NCBI GenBank assembly: GCA_021791335.1
Contig: JAJYWS010000005.1
Span: 1 to 55,161 of the forward strand
Direction of reading: 5' to 3'
Length of the DNA stretch: 55,161 nt
Origin: Thermoplasmata archaeon
GTDB taxonomy: Archaea > Thermoplasmatota > Thermoplasmata > Lutacidiplasmatales > UBA184
The notes beneath the pieces are model-generated. The model worked only from the letters and a program-made list of their open reading frames with translations. It did not search any database and was not told the DNA's origin. Shown piece after piece: positions 53,408 to 55,161 of this stretch (positions are counted from its first letter, which is position 1; the number at the start of each line of letters is the position of its first letter). The position numbers and the translations under genes were made by a program.

Positions 53408-54452
53408 GTCGGAGATCCTCCTCGAGCTCCTGAGCGCCTACAGCCCCTCCGGGGCGGAATCGGCCGGGGTCGAGGCGTTTGTCGCCGTCGCCGAGCGGCT
53501 CGGATACGCCGTGCGGATCGACCCGGTCGGCAACGGGATCGCCACCCTCGGGACCGGCGATCCCGAGATCCTCTTCCTCGGGCACATCGACACCGTGGCG
53601 GGGGAGCTTGCGGTTCGGCTCGACAACGGGCGGATCCATGGGCGGGGGGCCTGCGATGCCAAGGGTCCGCTCGCGGCCGCCCTGGCGGCCGGGGCCGGCG
53701 GGGCCTCGGCCGGACGCTGGACGGTGGTGGCGGCCGTGGGCGAGGAGACCGACAGCCGCGGCGCCCGCTACCTCGCCGGCCAACCGGCCCCCGATGCGGT
53801 CATCGCCGGGGAGCCCAACCGCTGGGACGGGGTCGCGATCGGGTACAAGGGGATGCTCCATCGGGTGGGCCGCATCCCCGCGCCCCGACGCCACGGCTCG
53901 GCCCCTGATCCCACCGCCACCGAACGGGCGATCGACTACCTGCGGCAGTTGGAGGCCGCGATCGGTCCCCGGAGCGCCACGGGATTCAGGAACCTGACTT
54001 GGAAGCTGCTGGGGATCCGCCCGGAGCCGGGGACGGATCTCGACACGGTCCGGCTCGACCTGGACCTCCGGCTGCCCCCGGGCGTCTCGGTCGAATCGGT
54101 CGAGGCCCGGCTGCCCCCCCTACCGGAGGGGGGCCGCTGGGAGCCCGACATCGGGATCGAAGCGTGGGAGACCCCGAGGACGACCGCGGTCGTCCGGGCC
54201 CTCGAGCAGGGGATCCGGAGCGTCGGCGGGGTCCCGACCCTCTGGCGGAAGGGCGGGACCTCCGATGTGAACCTGGTCGCGCCCCGCTGGGGGGTTCCGG
54301 CGGCGGTCTACGGGCCCGGCGACCCGCACCTGGACCACACCGCGGAGGAGTCGGTCGACCGGGACGAACTGCGCCGATCGGTGGCCGTGCTCCGAGTGGC
54401 CCGGCCGAAGCTCGCCGCGGAGCTGGCCGCGGCCCGACCTCACTCCTCGTAG
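53400..54452 (+). CDS. lysK: LysW-lysine/ornithine hydrolase (LysK/ArgE, M20 family)
   Basis: Motifs are LFLGHIDTV and GRGACDAKG. The GTG start overlaps the lysJ end by 8 nt. Confidence 0.8.
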   Translation: MDESEILLELLSAYSPSGAESAGVEAFVAVAERLGYAVRIDPVGNGIATLGTGDPEILFLGHIDTVAGELAVRLDNGRIHGRGACDAKGPLAAALAAGAGGASAGRWTVVAAVGEETDSRGARYLAGQPAPDAVIAGEPNRWDGVAIGYKGMLHRVGRIPAPRRHGSAPDPTATERAIDYLRQLEAAIGPRSATGFRNLTWKLLGIRPEPGTDLDTVRLDLDLRLPPGVSVESVEARLPPLPEGGRWEPDIGIEAWETPRTTAVVRALEQGIRSVGGVPTLWRKGGTSDVNLVAPRWGVPAAVYGPGDPHLDHTAEESVDRDELRRSVAVLRVARPKLAAELAAARPHSS

Positions 54453-55161
54453 ATGGGTTGGCGGTGCCGTAGGAAGCCTCCGTGCCGGAGGTCCCGGACC
54501 GCCTCCTGGATCTCGTCGGGGGTGTTCATCACGATGGGGCCGTGCCAGGCGACCGGCTCACCGATGGGACGACCTTCGGCGAGGAGGAACCGCAGCCCGG
54601 AGGGCCCGGCGCGGACCTCGATGGCGTCCCCCGACCCGAAGAGGACCGTCTCCCCGCGGGGGGAGATCGGGGCCGGCTCCGGGGCGAACCGACCGGCGCC
54701 CCCGATCACATGGGCGACCGCCGTGTAGCCCGGCGAGGTCGGCAGCCTCAGGTCGGCCTCCGGGGGCAGGTCGAGGTCGACATAGGTCGGGTCCACCGCG
54801 ATCCCTCGGACCGGTCCTTCGGCTCCGGCGAACCGGCCGGCGACGACCCGGGCCCGGGCGCCGGAGGGCAGTTCGACTTCGGGGATCTCTCCGGAGGTGA
54901 TCCCCTGGTAGCGGGGCGTCGACATCTTCTCCCGGGCCGGCAGGTTGACCCAGAGCTGGAAGCCGTCCAGCCGTCCCTCCGACCGCTCGGGCATCTCCTG
55001 GTGGATGATGCCGCTCCCGGCCCTCATCCACTGGAGGTCGCCCCGGTCGATCACCCCCTCGTGGCCGAGGGTGTCGCCGTGGGCGACCCGGCCCTCCAGC
55101 ATGTAGGTCACCGTCTCGATCCCGCGGTGGGGGTGCCAGGGGAATCCGGCCATGTAGTCGG
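54440..55161 (-). CDS. Pirin family protein (N-terminus lies beyond the window edge)
   Basis: The motif is ..GFPWHPHRGIETVTYMLEG... The reading frame stays open to position 55161, and pirins normally have about 50 more N-terminal residues. Confidence 0.8.
   Translation of the reverse strand, partial: DYMAGFPWHPHRGIETVTYMLEGRVAHGDTLGHEGVIDRGDLQWMRAGSGIIHQEMPERSEGRLDGFQLWVNLPAREKMSTPRYQGITSGEIPEVELPSGARARVVAGRFAGAEGPVRGIAVDPTYVDLDLPPEADLRLPTSPGYTAVAHVIGGAGRFAPEPAPISPRGETVLFGSGDAIEVRAGPSGLRFLLAEGRPIGEPVAWHGPIVMNTPDEIQEAVRDLRHGGFLRHRQPIYEE

Overview
The window is a densely packed, very GC-rich chromosomal segment. G+C looks like roughly two-thirds to 70% by eye; I did not compute it. I call about 60 protein genes and find no rRNA, tRNA, CRISPR array, transposase or integrase.

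The content is archaeal. It includes ribosomal protein L40e, a KEOPS Pcc1-like gene, archease, digeranylgeranylglycerophospholipid reductase with its ferredoxin, and LysW-carrier amino-acid biosynthesis. A/T-rich TATA-like boxes sit about 21-30 nt upstream of the start codons of first-in-operon genes, which implies leaderless mRNAs. I cannot assign a lineage from the sequence alone.

Most genes are housekeeping or metabolic: purT, ileS, trxB, serA plus an aminotransferase, trmI, and argG-argH-lysWXYZJK.

The loci I consider most worth follow-up:
- ppx followed by two overlapping dTMP-kinase-like paralogues, one with a Lys->Arg P-loop. This is a candidate heteromeric polyphosphate kinase.
- An HTH_10 regulator, an AhbD-like radical SAM/SPASM protein, a CopD/HemJ-like membrane protein and ferrochelatase in one operon. 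This may be a hybrid terminal haem pathway.
- A U32 'peptidase' with a Cys cluster, divergent from a stand-alone chorismate mutase. This may be a prephenate-dependent hydroxylase module.
- A six-gene ferredoxin-GGR-unknown-unknown-DUF1028-Pcc1 operon.
- A fused EtfB-EtfA gene.
- A CoA-binding protein coupled to a bactofilin-like beta-helix protein.
- A 250-nt hairpin-rich non-coding spacer upstream of a MoxR ATPase.

Two real genes are too short for the supplied ORF track and were found by reading the DNA: rpl40e and lysW.

The high G+C produces many very long Arg/Pro/Gly-rich shadow ORFs, which I reject. All functional calls come from motif recognition by eye; no database search was possible.
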